A stretch of 64,000 nucleotides of DNA from an uncultured Actinomycetes bacterium (GCA_963757605.1 CAVWSF010000001.1:632349-696348); one strand, 5' to 3'. Positions 1 to 9,734 are shown, counted from the first letter of the stretch. Numbers and translations are program-made. The notes: generated by a model from the sequence alone, not told the origin.

Positions 1-109
1 CGGTCATGGCTCTCCGATCGGGGTCCGCTAAGCGCCCGTCGACAGTCGTTCGGCGAAGTCCGCGGCCGCACCGGGTCGAGTCCCGGCACGAGGCGAGGCC
101 CGCTCACGT

Positions 110-822
110 TCAAAGCGTAGTCCCAGCGTGCTCGCATGAGCCCGCGTGGCGGGCGTCGCCCAAATGGCGCCGAATCCGGGTGCGCCGCTGGAAGACGATC
201 AGGCCGGCAAGCAGAAATGCGGCGGCCCGGGCGAGGCCGAGTGCGAGCTCGCCCCACAGAGCGGAGTGTCCGAAGGCGCCGCCGACGGCGAATTGGGTTG
301 GTCCGAAGGAGGGGAAGTACTCGAGCACCGGCCGGTTGGCGATGGGATTTCCGACCGGGTTCTGGAGGAAGGTGTCGGTGAGGCTTCCCATGATGATGAC
401 GAAGAAGCCCTCGAGGTCACCCTTGACCAGCACGCCGAGCAGGAGGCCGAGAGCGCCGTACTCGGCCGCGATGACCATGAACCCGGCCAGGACGGCGGCC
501 CAGCCGCTGACGCCTGGTCGCCAGAACGTGAGGAGCAGGACTGCGGCGTAGGCGGCAACACAGGTGGCGACGAGCATGGTCGCCAGGGCTTTGGCGGCGA
601 CCAGGAGCGCTTGGCGGTAACCGGCGAAGACCAGCCGCCGGTCGAACGGCAACGCTCGTGCCGTGTGGCCGCAAAGACGGCGAACCCGACGATCAGGGTC
701 AGAGAGTTCATGCCCGCCGTGATCAGGGAGAGCTCGCGGCCGTCGGCGTGCAGCATGACGCCGGTGGAGAAGAGCTTGAACTCGAGCACGACGTTATCAG
801 CAGATCGGACGAGACGTCGCAT
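110..822 (-). pseudogene. ABC-2-type permease-like membrane protein, frameshifted and probably N-terminally truncated
   Basis: The hydrophobic N-part (ORF 199..822, ...LTLIVGFAVFAATR) joins ORF 110..652 (RALPFDRRLVFAGYR...) by a single-base shift near 658; multiple TM segments. Confidence 0.55.
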
Positions 823-825
823 AGA

Positions 826-841
826 AACCGACCGGTCGGTT
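826..841. promoter_or_regulatory. Perfect 16-bp palindrome AACCGACCGGTCGGTT, putative TetR operator
   Basis: Perfect inverted repeat between divergent ORFs; 15/16 identical to the site at 2088-2103 next to the tetR start. Confidence 0.7.
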
Positions 842-845
842 AGAC

Positions 846-1037
846 TTGGCGAATGGACTACGGGATGACGATGTGACGGTCGACGCGGCCTCAGTGATCG
901 TCGGGCTGGTGATCATGGCGGGTGTCGCGTCGTACCTGGGAGCGCTGGTTGCGATCGTGCGTCCCGATCATCGAAACCCGGTCACCCGGCCGTTGATGGA
1001 CTGGATCGAGCACCACGCTGTAAGTGGGCCGCGTTAG
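846..1037 (+). CDS. Small single-TM membrane protein
   Basis: 63-aa ORF with a hydrophobic stretch (SVIVGLVIMAGVASYLGALVAIV); start uncertain. Confidence 0.5.
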   Translation: MANGLRDDDVTVDAASVIVGLVIMAGVASYLGALVAIVRPDHRNPVTRPLMDWIEHHAVSGPR

Positions 1038-1042
1038 CCGGC

Positions 1043-1459
1043 CTATCCGGCGAGCGCGAGCTGCGCCGCGAGCAGCCCCAGGTAGAGCACGGTGGCGGTG
1101 AACCCGCCGAGGGGCCAGGCGGCGGCGTTCGCGACTCGGTCGGCGATCACCGTCACGCCCAGGATGGAGGCGCTGACCGAGATGACATGCAGGCCGCCCC
1201 AGACGGCCGGCGGCTCAGAATCGATTCGGATTCGAGCGCGGAGGTCGCCGAATGCGACGATCCCGACCAACGCGAATCCGCCGACGCCACCGAGCATGAA
1301 GAGGAGGGCGTCGGCGCCTGTCGGCACGCCTCGTGCGTGGGTGAGGACGGCGCCGGACGTCCACACGGTCAGCGTGTAGCCGTAGGGGCCGATGCTCATG
1401 CTGGCGGCATGCCGTGCCGCGGCTCGGTACCGCGTCACCGGGTCGCCGCGGCTACGCAT
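1043..1459 (-). CDS. Hypothetical membrane protein (about 4 TM)
   Basis: ATG at 1459 just after the tetR stop; hydrophobic helices (PYGYTLTVWTSGAVL, LLFMLGGVGGFALVG, WPLGGFTATVLYL). Confidence 0.7.
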   Translation of the reverse strand: MRSRGDPVTRYRAAARHAASMSIGPYGYTLTVWTSGAVLTHARGVPTGADALLFMLGGVGGFALVGIVAFGDLRARIRIDSEPPAVWGGLHVISVSASILGVTVIADRVANAAAWPLGGFTATVLYLGLLAAQLALAG

Positions 1460-1464
1460 CGGGA

Positions 1465-2076
1465 TCAACCCGTATGCGACCGGTCGATGCCGGCCAGAAG
1501 GGAGTCCAACACGGAGCGGATGTTCGACCACCGGAACCCGGTCGGGTCGAGGGCGCGGTGGAGCATCAGACCGTCCGTCAGCGCGATCAGGATGGAGGCA
1601 AGCGCGTTGGCGCGGCGTTCCTCGATGGCGAGATCACCTGTGCGGATGCTGCGCACGATCCAGTCGCGCAAGACCGCTCGGCGGCGCTCTACGGTGTCGG
1701 CGAATTGATCGCGGACGACTGGGTCTGCGGCCAGCGCCGACCAGAGGTCGGCGCGAAGCTGCACTCTGCCGGGGTCGTCACCGACGCGGAGCATGGCCTG
1801 GGTGAATCGGCGCACCCGCTCCGCGCCCGAGAGCTCCTGCTCGACAAGCTCACCGCCTACCCGGTTCAGCGCGACGGTCTCCTCCTCGACAAGAGCCAGG
1901 AACAGGTCCTGCTTGCTGGCGAAGTAGCCGTAGAACGCGCCCTTGCTGACGCCGGCCTCGTCGCAGAGATCATCGACGCTGGTCGTGTGGTAGCCGTTGA
2001 GCGCCATTCGCCGCCAGGCCGCGTCGACCAGACGCTTCCGGCGGACGGAACGGGCCTGCTCGCTGATCCGTGGCAC
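1465..2076 (-). CDS. TetR/AcrR family transcriptional regulator
   Basis: GTG start; HTH motif GYHTTSVDDLCDEAGVSKGAFYGYFASKQDL. Confidence 0.92.
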   Translation of the reverse strand: MPRISEQARSVRRKRLVDAAWRRMALNGYHTTSVDDLCDEAGVSKGAFYGYFASKQDLFLALVEEETVALNRVGGELVEQELSGAERVRRFTQAMLRVGDDPGRVQLRADLWSALAADPVVRDQFADTVERRRAVLRDWIVRSIRTGDLAIEERRANALASILIALTDGLMLHRALDPTGFRWSNIRSVLDSLLAGIDRSHTG

Positions 2077-2087
2077 GCGCCTAGAAT

Positions 2088-2103
2088 AACCGACCAGTCG
2101 GTT
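2088..2103. promoter_or_regulatory. Palindrome AACCGACCAGTCGGTT, putative TetR operator in the divergent tetR/ctaG promoter
   Basis: Near-perfect inverted repeat 12 bp upstream of the tetR start, abutting a TATTCT -10-like hexamer. Confidence 0.72.
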
Positions 2104-2127
2104 TTTGTGTACGAGGGCGTTGCAACG

Positions 2128-3030
2128 ATGTGGGTGTGGACCTTCGATCCAGCTGAGCTGACGCCGGTCGTCCTGGCGGCGGCGCTCTATGCCCGTCGGG
2201 TCGCCACCCTTCGGCGCAGAGGCCATCCGCCCGCCTGGTGGAAGCCGGCATGCTTCGTCGGCGGTCTCACGGTCGCGACGCTCGCCGTCGTCTCGCCGAT
2301 CGACACGCTTGGCGAGGAGCGCTCGTTCACCGTTCACATGATCCAGCACCTCATGCTGGGCGACCTCGCACCGCTCCTCTGCGTGGCCGGGCTCTCCGGG
2401 CCGATTCTCCGCCCGGTGCTCGCGCTGCCGCTGATCGGGAGGCTGCGCGTCCTCACCCACCCGTTGCGTGCCCTCCCGATCTGGGCGTGCAATCTCGCCC
2501 TTTGGCACCTCCCCGGCGCGTACCAGCTCGCACTCAGAAACGACACCGTCCACGCTGTCGAGCACATGTGCTTTTTCGTCGGCGGCGCCTTGCTGTGGGC
2601 GGCGATCCTGGAACCGCTCCCAGGCCCGGCCTGGTTCGGATCCGGCGCGAAGGCGCTTTACATCCTCGCCGTCCGCGGCTTCGACACCCTGCTCGCCTTC
2701 GCGTTCGTGTGGTCGCAGACCGTCTTCTACCCCTACTACTCGCATGTGGCCCCACTGTGGGGGATGAGCCCGATCGAAGACCAGAATCTGGGCGGCATCG
2801 CGATGCTCGCCGAAGGCAGCATCGTCACCATCACCGCCTTTCTGTGGCTCCTGTGGCGATGGCTCTCAGACGGTGAGCTGACGACGGAGCTCGTCGAGGC
2901 GGGCATCCCCGAGCATCGCGCGCAACGCGCCGTCCGCTACGGGCGCGGGCCCGCACTCGCGAAGACGGTGCGCCGCTCCCAGGTCGGAGCGCCCGCCAGC
3001 GCGGTCCACCAGCCGGCGGGCCGGCGATGA
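2128..3030 (+). CDS. ctaG: Cytochrome c oxidase (caa3-type) assembly protein CtaG family
   Basis: Motifs SPIDTLG..FTVHMIQHLML, WHLP, HAVEH and DQNLGG; multi-TM. Confidence 0.85.
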   Translation: MWVWTFDPAELTPVVLAAALYARRVATLRRRGHPPAWWKPACFVGGLTVATLAVVSPIDTLGEERSFTVHMIQHLMLGDLAPLLCVAGLSGPILRPVLALPLIGRLRVLTHPLRALPIWACNLALWHLPGAYQLALRNDTVHAVEHMCFFVGGALLWAAILEPLPGPAWFGSGAKALYILAVRGFDTLLAFAFVWSQTVFYPYYSHVAPLWGMSPIEDQNLGGIAMLAEGSIVTITAFLWLLWRWLSDGELTTELVEAGIPEHRAQRAVRYGRGPALAKTVRRSQVGAPASAVHQPAGRR

Positions 3031-3815
3031 GTCGTGCCCCCGGACGGCCGCGGCCGCGAGTCCGGCCCCGGGCCGGGTGGCTCTTGATGGCGCTCGGGAT
3101 CGCGGTGAGCGCGGTCGGGATCGGGGTCGCCGCAACCCGACCGCCGTCGCGTGCCAGGCTTGCGATTGGCGCCGAGGTCTCGCCGCCGAGGCCCGTTCCG
3201 CGGATCCCGCTCGTCGGAGCCACGGGCGAACCGACGAGCCTCGCGCACTACCGGGGCCGTGTCGTCGTCTTGGCGCCGTTCCTCTCGCTGTGCTCGGAGC
3301 ACTGCCCGATCACCACCGGCGCATTCATGCAGGCGGCCCGCCGTGTCAGCGCCGCGGGTCGTGCTTCGCGGGTCGCCTTCATCGAGACGACCGTCGACCC
3401 GTGGCGCGACACCCCTCGGCGTCTTCGCGCATTTCAACGCCGGATCGGCGACCGAGGCGTGGTCATGCTCACGGGCACCGCGGCTCACCTGGAGGCGTTC
3501 TGGCGGTTCTTCGGCATCTGGTACAGGCGCGTCCCGGAGGGCAGGCCTGCCGCCATCGACTGGTGGACGCAGAGGCCGGAGCGCTTCGACGTCGAGCACA
3601 CCGACGCCGTGTTGATCATCGATCCCGCCGGCGCTTGGCGGATCGCCGTCCTCGGAATGGCACATCCGGACGGGCGCCTCGCACCCGAATTGCGGAAGCT
3701 GCTCGACGCCCGGGGCCTCCAGAACCTCCACCGGCCAAGCGAGCCGTGGACGGTGCCCGAGCTTCTTCAAGATATCGGCCACGTGCTCGGGCAGCCGATC
3801 GGACAGACGGACTAG
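3027..3815 (+). CDS. SCO1/SenC family copper chaperone
   Basis: N-terminal TM; CxxxC (CSEHCP), TVDPWRDTP, distal His (VEHTD); ATGA overlap with ctaG. Confidence 0.88.
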   Translation: MSRAPGRPRPRVRPRAGWLLMALGIAVSAVGIGVAATRPPSRARLAIGAEVSPPRPVPRIPLVGATGEPTSLAHYRGRVVVLAPFLSLCSEHCPITTGAFMQAARRVSAAGRASRVAFIETTVDPWRDTPRRLRAFQRRIGDRGVVMLTGTAAHLEAFWRFFGIWYRRVPEGRPAAIDWWTQRPERFDVEHTDAVLIIDPAGAWRIAVLGMAHPDGRLAPELRKLLDARGLQNLHRPSEPWTVPELLQDIGHVLGQPIGQTD

Positions 3816-3844
3816 CGATCCGTCCGAGAGGCGGCGGCAGTACC

Positions 3845-4303
3845 ATGGCCGCACCCCGACGGGCCGTCATGTCCCTTCGCGAGATGGATGCCGCAATCCG
3901 GCTTTCTGAGCAAGCGTTCCTCGACCAGGTTAGAGACGCGGCCGTGCTGCGAGCCGCACTGCAACAGTTCGACGCCGACACGGCGCGGGTGGTACGCCGA
4001 TGCCAGCTCACGCCGCAGCGCTACGTGCTGCTGCTCATGATCAAAGGTGCTCCTGACGACGGGCAGAACTCGACAGTCTCTGCGATCTCCCAGCGGTTGC
4101 GAATGCCCCACAACACGATCTCGGAGCTCGCTACGCGAGCCGTCGTCGCCGGCCTCGTCGAGCGCGAGCCGACACCAGAAGACCGTCGATCCACTCGCCT
4201 GTCGCTGACCGCTGAAGGGGATGAGCGCCTTCGCTGCGCCGTCTCGCAGCTCGAAGATCAGCGAGCCGCCTTACGCCGATCGCTTCAGCGAACGAGGCGG
4301 TAG
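3845..4303 (+). CDS. MarR family transcriptional regulator
   Basis: LTPQRYVLLL, wHTH and GLVEREPTPEDRRSTRLSLTAEG signature; alternative start at 3869. Confidence 0.85.
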   Translation: MAAPRRAVMSLREMDAAIRLSEQAFLDQVRDAAVLRAALQQFDADTARVVRRCQLTPQRYVLLLMIKGAPDDGQNSTVSAISQRLRMPHNTISELATRAVVAGLVEREPTPEDRRSTRLSLTAEGDERLRCAVSQLEDQRAALRRSLQRTRR

Positions 4304-4388
4304 AGGGCTCAATCCCGACACGTCCGGCGCGGAACACCATCCCGTGGGCGATCCCGCGGAAGGGCACACCTCGTCGCTGGCTGCTTCC

Positions 4389-4664
4389 CTACGACGGGTG
4401 GCGGCTGCGTTCGCCCACCGAAGCGATCGATGCCGCTTCGCCGGTGATCTCGCCCGCCCACCGGGACTTGGGATCGCTCACGTCGGCAGCGTCGATCCGT
4501 ATCGCCTTCGACCCGAAACGACCCTGGCGCAGAGCCATCGCCGAGCCGCACCGGCAGCACTTGAACGCTGGCTGTCCTTCCCATTCACCGAGACCGGCGT
4601 AGGCCTCGCTCCCAGGCTCCGTCGCGCCACGCTGGCCGCATGATGGGCATTTGACGACTGGCAT
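4389..4664 (-). CDS. Small putative zinc-ribbon protein
   Basis: Strong RBS (GAGGGAGG) before ATG 4664; CPSCG and CCRCG knuckles. Confidence 0.6.
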   Translation of the reverse strand: MPVVKCPSCGQRGATEPGSEAYAGLGEWEGQPAFKCCRCGSAMALRQGRFGSKAIRIDAADVSDPKSRWAGEITGEAASIASVGERSRHPS

Positions 4665-4959
4665 CCAACCTCCCTCGTTCCGGGTCGCAAAGGCGGAGAA
4701 CACGCGCCCTGCTGGCGTCCTGCCGGACAGATTCCGACGGACATCACGTCGGAGTCCGACAGGCACCGTATGTCGCAATCCGACGCGCATCAAGGACTCG
4801 GATTGGGATTGGGTATTAACGGACACCAGCCGGTGCGGCTCTTGCCAGCGACTTCGGAACGGTCGACGACGACGGATAAGGCCGGCGTCGAAGGCACTTG
4901 TGATCGCGTAGTGACCCAAGCGGCCTCCTCTCACGACTCGCCGAGCTGAAGCCTCTGGG

Positions 4960-5292
4960 TCAGCCACCCTTGGGCGGAAGCGTGCGAGCGTACGTCACCG
5001 CTTGACCGACCCACCGCTCGAGCGCCGCCCCGCGCAGTCCCGCCTGCTCGACATACACCATCGAATGCATCGGGCGACCGGTGAAGTCCATCGCAGCAAC
5101 ATGCGGCTTGGCGAGCGCCGCCGCGGCTCCCTCATCACCAAGCCGCAGCATCAAGCGGCCGCCAACGATGCCGGCGCACATGTTGCCGTGCAGGAGAAAG
5201 CAGAGCCCGCCGAACATCTTCTGCTCGCGGTAGGCCGGATCAGCTTGCAGCAGCTCGCGCACACGCTCGGCCAGAAGCTCGTCGTAGGCCAT
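4960..5292 (-). CDS. TfoX/Sxy N-terminal domain protein
   Basis: MAYDELLAERVR...KMFGGLCFLLHGNM...MDFTGRPM...LPPK pattern. Confidence 0.88.
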   Translation of the reverse strand: MAYDELLAERVRELLQADPAYREQKMFGGLCFLLHGNMCAGIVGGRLMLRLGDEGAAAALAKPHVAAMDFTGRPMHSMVYVEQAGLRGAALERWVGQAVTYARTLPPKGG

Positions 5293-5439
5293 GCCGAAAC
5301 CTTACGCTCTCCCCGACCATGTGCGGCTCGCGCTTGGCGGAGATCGCCCCTCCCAACGCATGGTCAACCGAATTTGGCTGCGGTCGCCCGCCGAAAACCA
5401 CAATCGGTTGAACGTCTTCTTGAACGGCGCGGGCCGTTG

Positions 5440-5541
5440 CTACTCGACTGTGACGGTCTTCGCCAGATTGCGCGGCTTGTCGACGTCGAGCCCGCGCCGC
5501 GTCGCGATCGCGTAGGCCAGCTGCTGGAGCGAGAGGACGGC
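5440..5541 (-). repeat. Displaced copy of the glmS 3' end (33 codons plus stop), att-like direct repeat
   Basis: 95/102 nt identical to 14136-14237; encodes [33 protein letters not shown]. Confidence 0.92.
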
Positions 5542-5599
5542 CGGCACCGTATCGGAGCACCCGCAGGAATCCGTCCGGGACTGCCGCCCGCGCGACGCT

Positions 5600-6073
5600 T
5601 CAGGCCTGACTCAAGCGAAGTCGCGTTCGACCGTTCGAGAGGGTTCGCGCGCACGCCTCCGCGAAGGGCGGCAGGCCCGTGGTGATTCGACCGACGAGCG
5701 ATCCGTGGAACCCGTCCTCCCAGAAGTGGCGCAGATCGACCTCGCCGTACATGAACGCCAGCTCGTGGACGGCGTCCGCTCCGCCGGTCAGGCGGTCGCT
5801 CGCCAGACTGGCGAACTCGTTCGGCCCGGCGTAGAAGAACATCAGCTCGCCTGGCTCCGGGCGCATCGTGCGGTTCTCGATCGGCGGTGGCTCGGGGAAC
5901 GGCGGCAGGAAGCAGAAGACCTCATGGCCGTCGAAGCAGGCGTGCGACGTGTGGGTTTCGAGTGGCGTGGAGAGCGCGGCGTAGATCGACGCGCACACCC
6001 GCGGGGCAGCGCGTTCATACAGCGTCGCTTCGGCCGTCACGTCCGCGTCGGGGAGCTCGATGCGAAGTCTCAT
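5600..6073 (-). CDS. DUF3830-like (cyclophilin-like fold) protein
   Basis: APRVC...[10 protein letters not shown]...[17 protein letters not shown] pattern; ATGA overlap with the upstream peptidase. Confidence 0.7.
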   Translation of the reverse strand: MRLRIELPDADVTAEATLYERAAPRVCASIYAALSTPLETHTSHACFDGHEVFCFLPPFPEPPPIENRTMRPEPGELMFFYAGPNEFASLASDRLTGGADAVHELAFMYGEVDLRHFWEDGFHGSLVGRITTGLPPFAEACARTLSNGRTRLRLSQA

Positions 6074-7209
6074 AGCCGGTCCCACATGTCGGTCGGCAGG
6101 CCATTCAGCACCTCAGCGCCGGACGCGCTGACCGCGATCATCTGCTCGATGATCACCGCACCTTCGTCGGCAAACGTGACGCCGGGCTCGATACAGAGCA
6201 CCATGCCCTCAAGCAGCGGCTGATCGGGGTGTTCCTTGGCGTTCGGCGCTTCGTGCTGCCCGGCGCCGTTCCCGTGGGGCATGAAGGCGTCCCACCAGTT
6301 GTCGCCGTACCCGGCGCGGGCGATGGCGCCCGCAGCGACGTCGCGGATCGCACCGACAGTGACCCCGGGCTGGACGGCGGCGATCGTCTCGTTCACCGCG
6401 GCCTGAACGGCCTCGAGCTTGTCCGCCTGGGCGGCGCTCGCGCCGCCCACGACGACGGTGCGGCACATGTCGCCGTGATACCCGTGCACCCGGGCACCGC
6501 AGTCCAGCACGGCGAACTCCCCGGCGGTGAGCGTGCGCGCGCCCGGCAAGAACGTTCCGAGTGCCGTGCGGGGGCCGCTGCCCATCTCGGTCACGAACGA
6601 CGGCTCGGCACCCGCGCGGCGGATGACCTCCTCGGCCGCAGCCGCCACGTCGATCTCCGCGGCGCCGTCACGCACCTCGGCGAGACCCGCCGCCATCGCC
6701 CGGTCCGAGATCTCGGAGGCGGCCCGCATCAGGTCGAGCTCGGCCGGGCTCTTCACCATCCGCAGGGCGGCGGTGACCTCGCCGGCGTCGGTGAGCGTCG
6801 CGTCGGGGAGGCGCTCGGCGAGCGTCAGGTAGACGGGGGCCGGGAAGTACCCGTAGCCGGCGATCCCCACCCGCGCCCCCGAGCCGCCGTGCTCGCGGAC
6901 CAGGTCGGCCAGGTCGGCCCCCATGTCCGGTGTGAGGCGCATGTCGTCCGCGTAGGCCTCCGCCTGCGCGCGCTCGACATCCCAGCCCGCGGTGGTCATC
7001 AGGACGACCGGACCCTCCCGTGAGACGAAGAGCGCCGCGGTCTCCTCCTCGACGCAGTACCAGCGGGCGAAGTAGCGCAGGTCCGCGGGCTGATAGTCGC
7101 GATGGGCGCCGTAGAGGACCACTGCGTCCAGGCCGTGGCGATCGAGCGCGTCGCGGAGCGCCGCGATCCGGCCGGCGTGCTCGGCGTCGGTGATGGGATT
7201 GGTGATCAT
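6070..7209 (-). CDS. M24 family Xaa-Pro peptidase/creatinase-like hydrolase
   Basis: RMVKSPAEL; metal ligands LDCG, YHGDMCRT, PHGNG, IEPG and IIEQ. Confidence 0.9.
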   Translation of the reverse strand: MITNPITDAEHAGRIAALRDALDRHGLDAVVLYGAHRDYQPADLRYFARWYCVEEETAALFVSREGPVVLMTTAGWDVERAQAEAYADDMRLTPDMGADLADLVREHGGSGARVGIAGYGYFPAPVYLTLAERLPDATLTDAGEVTAALRMVKSPAELDLMRAASEISDRAMAAGLAEVRDGAAEIDVAAAAEEVIRRAGAEPSFVTEMGSGPRTALGTFLPGARTLTAGEFAVLDCGARVHGYHGDMCRTVVVGGASAAQADKLEAVQAAVNETIAAVQPGVTVGAIRDVAAGAIARAGYGDNWWDAFMPHGNGAGQHEAPNAKEHPDQPLLEGMVLCIEPGVTFADEGAVIIEQMIAVSASGAEVLNGLPTDMWDRL

Positions 7210-7967
7210 GGCGCGGCAACCTCCGTCCGTGCGAGGTAGCGGTCGGCCAACTCGACCGCCTGGTCATGGGAGACGCTCGGCCCGTGCCCGCCGTGCAGCC
7301 GGCGGATGGGCAGGTCGCGGATCCGGGTGACGGACGCCGCGAAGTCGGCGCGGTTCGATTCCGGCAGGCCGTCCACGAGCGGGCCGTCGTAGAGCATGTC
7401 TCCGCTGAAGAAGATCCCGGTCGTCTCCTCGATGAGGCCGATGCCGCCGGGCGTGTGGCCGGGAAGATGCAGGACGGTGAACTCGCGGCTACCGATCGCG
7501 AGCCGATCGCCCTCCTCGACGAGGGCTGTCGCCGGCGCGGGCTCCAGCCAGTAGTCGTCAGGGTCGAACCCCGGGAACGGAGACCGCGCGAGCATGTAGG
7601 GCGGGAACGTGTAGCCGGAGGCCTCGGCCGCGCGCAGGTTCTCGGCCGGCCAGTCGCCGGGGCGGGTGCGGCCATGCACCCTCGCGCTGAGCACGTCCTG
7701 CTCGAGCCGGTGTGCGAGCCGTGTGTCGAACTCCCGGGCGCCGCCGCGATGGTCGTTGTGCGCGTGGGTCAGGACGAGCCTGACCGGCTGCCGCATCTCA
7801 GCTCCGAGCTCCGCCGCGATGCTGGCCAGGCCGAGCCCGCTGTCGACGAGGAGCGTCGCCTCCGAGCAGTCGACGATGAAGAAGTTCCCGCGGATGAACT
7901 CGGCGGCGTGCGGCTCCGTCGCGAGCGTCACGCCGTCGCCGACGTCCTCGGTCGCAAACCACGTCAC
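7206..7967 (-). CDS. MBL-fold metallo-hydrolase
   Basis: THAHNDH, GHTPG, SGDMLY and GGHG; GTG start overlapping the upstream stop. Confidence 0.88.
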   Translation of the reverse strand: MTWFATEDVGDGVTLATEPHAAEFIRGNFFIVDCSEATLLVDSGLGLASIAAELGAEMRQPVRLVLTHAHNDHRGGAREFDTRLAHRLEQDVLSARVHGRTRPGDWPAENLRAAEASGYTFPPYMLARSPFPGFDPDDYWLEPAPATALVEEGDRLAIGSREFTVLHLPGHTPGGIGLIEETTGIFFSGDMLYDGPLVDGLPESNRADFAASVTRIRDLPIRRLHGGHGPSVSHDQAVELADRYLARTEVAAP

Positions 7968-8731
7968 TCGTACCACTCGCTCGGAGCCCACCTCACCCGC
8001 TCGACGTCGGGGTCGTGGGTCGCGAGCAGGATCGCCGAGTGCTCGCGCTCGAGCGCCTCGATCTTCTCCCAGCTCGCCACCAGGTCGTCCGGGCTCCAGA
8101 GGATGCCCGGCAACAGCCGCTCGCGCATCTTCTCGATCGAGTACGTGGCATCGAACATGATGATCACGGTGTCGCGGTCGAGCGTCACCCGCACCGACTG
8201 ATGGCCGGCCGTGTGGCCGGGGGTCGGGAAGAGCACGATCCGCCCGTCACCGAACAGGTCGTGCTCGCCGCTCAGCGGCTGCCAGCTGTAGGCGCCCTCG
8301 AACTGATCCGGCATGTAGGCGTTGGCCTGATAGACCGGCGGATTGCGGGCGAACGCCAGCTCCCGCTCCTGGACGTAGATCTCGGCATGCCGGAAGAGCG
8401 GAAGCGCGGCGGCGTGATCGTGGTGGAGGTGCGACATGACGACCTTCGGGATCGCCGCCGGCTCGAGGCCGATCGTCGAGAGCAACGCCGCGATCGTGTC
8501 GCTCTCGTCCATCCGGAGATCGAACATGTCGCCCCACGGCCCGAGCACACCCATCGGGTCCGTCAGGATCTCGGGCGGGATCCCGGTGTCGAACAGGACC
8601 GGGCCCTGCGGGTGATCGACCACGTAGGCCGTCCACGGCTCGTACAGCTTGGTGCCGACGTCGGCATCGAGCGGATCCTGCAGAGCCCGGTCGGCGTAGT
8701 CGCCGCCGCACTTGAACGAGTACAGCTTCAC
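7964..8731 (-). CDS. N-acyl-homoserine lactonase (AiiA/AttM)-like MBL hydrolase
   Basis: SHLHHDH, TPGHTAGHQS, FDATY (cf. AiiA DASY) and ATHD. Confidence 0.82.
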   Translation of the reverse strand: MKLYSFKCGGDYADRALQDPLDADVGTKLYEPWTAYVVDHPQGPVLFDTGIPPEILTDPMGVLGPWGDMFDLRMDESDTIAALLSTIGLEPAAIPKVVMSHLHHDHAAALPLFRHAEIYVQERELAFARNPPVYQANAYMPDQFEGAYSWQPLSGEHDLFGDGRIVLFPTPGHTAGHQSVRVTLDRDTVIIMFDATYSIEKMRERLLPGILWSPDDLVASWEKIEALEREHSAILLATHDPDVERVRWAPSEWYE

Positions 8732-8783
8732 GTGAGTGCGTCCTTCCGTGGTGTGCGCGGTGGCTCGACGACAGCGCCGGCCG

Positions 8784-9731
8784 TCAGCCGTTCGACATCG
8801 TCCAGCCCTTGACCTTGCCGTTCTTGATGCTGAGGATCACCCCCCGGAGGATTCCGTGCGGATAGTCGCTCCCGGGGTTGATGCAGAGCGTCCGGCCGAG
8901 CTTGCACGCGCCGCGCGAGTCGTGGACGTGCCCGTGCAGGCCGACCAGGGGTTGCACGTGCTCGATGACGTTGCGGACGGCCGTGCTGCCGACCGGGATC
9001 GTCATCGGGGTGCCGCCGCGGGTGCGCACCCTGAAGTCGTCGGTGACGGCCGGGGCGATGTCGAGGCCGCTGTTGTACGGCGGGCAGTGGAGGTTGAACA
9101 GCGCGTGCTCGGGATCGCGGGCCTTCGCCGCGGCCGCCATGATCGACGCCTCGAGCGCGTCCTCGTTCTGTTCCCGGGGAGAGTTCCAGGGCGTCCGGTT
9201 CGACCATCCCCAGCTCACCACCTCGACGCCGTTCAGGTCGTAGACGTCGTCCTCGGCGAACCGCACCCATGACGACTCCCGCAGCGCCCGGGCGACCTCC
9301 GGGTCGTCGTCGTTTCCGAGGTTGATCACGCACTCGATGCCGAGCGGCTGAAGGCGCTCGGCCGCCAGGTCGACCCAGGCCCGCATCACGTCCAGGATCG
9401 CCTCGAGGAACCGAGCCTCGCGGTAGTCCTTGTCGGCGACCAGCCGCTCGCGCTCCTCGACCGTGAAGAACGCCGGGTACCCGCCGCTGGCCCGCGCTCT
9501 CCGGGCGGCTTCGTCGCGCGCCTCCTCGGTCTTCATGACGCGGGCCACGCCACCCTCGCTCATCTCCCACCCGTCGGGGTGGCGGACGATCGGCACGAGC
9601 TGCTTCCCGGTGATGTCGCCGCCCAGGATGATGGCGCGGCAGTCGTACGCGACGGCGGCATTCAGGAACTTGCGAAAGCAGGTCTCAGACCCATGGATAT
9701 CGGTGGCAAAGAAGATCCGCTGCTGTGCCAA
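8784..9731 (-). CDS. Icc-like metallophosphoesterase
   Basis: TDIHG, GGD, LGNDD, HCPP and HGHVH motifs. Confidence 0.88.
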   Translation of the reverse strand: MAQQRIFFATDIHGSETCFRKFLNAAVAYDCRAIILGGDITGKQLVPIVRHPDGWEMSEGGVARVMKTEEARDEAARRARASGGYPAFFTVEERERLVADKDYREARFLEAILDVMRAWVDLAAERLQPLGIECVINLGNDDDPEVARALRESSWVRFAEDDVYDLNGVEVVSWGWSNRTPWNSPREQNEDALEASIMAAAAKARDPEHALFNLHCPPYNSGLDIAPAVTDDFRVRTRGGTPMTIPVGSTAVRNVIEHVQPLVGLHGHVHDSRGACKLGRTLCINPGSDYPHGILRGVILSIKNGKVKGWTMSNG

Positions 9732-9734
9732 GCG

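Noticed and set aside
4681..4730. c-di-GMP-I riboswitch suggested by GGGTCGCAAAG
   Set aside because: No GGCAAAC/GNRA P2 element, and it is on the wrong strand for the adjacent gene.
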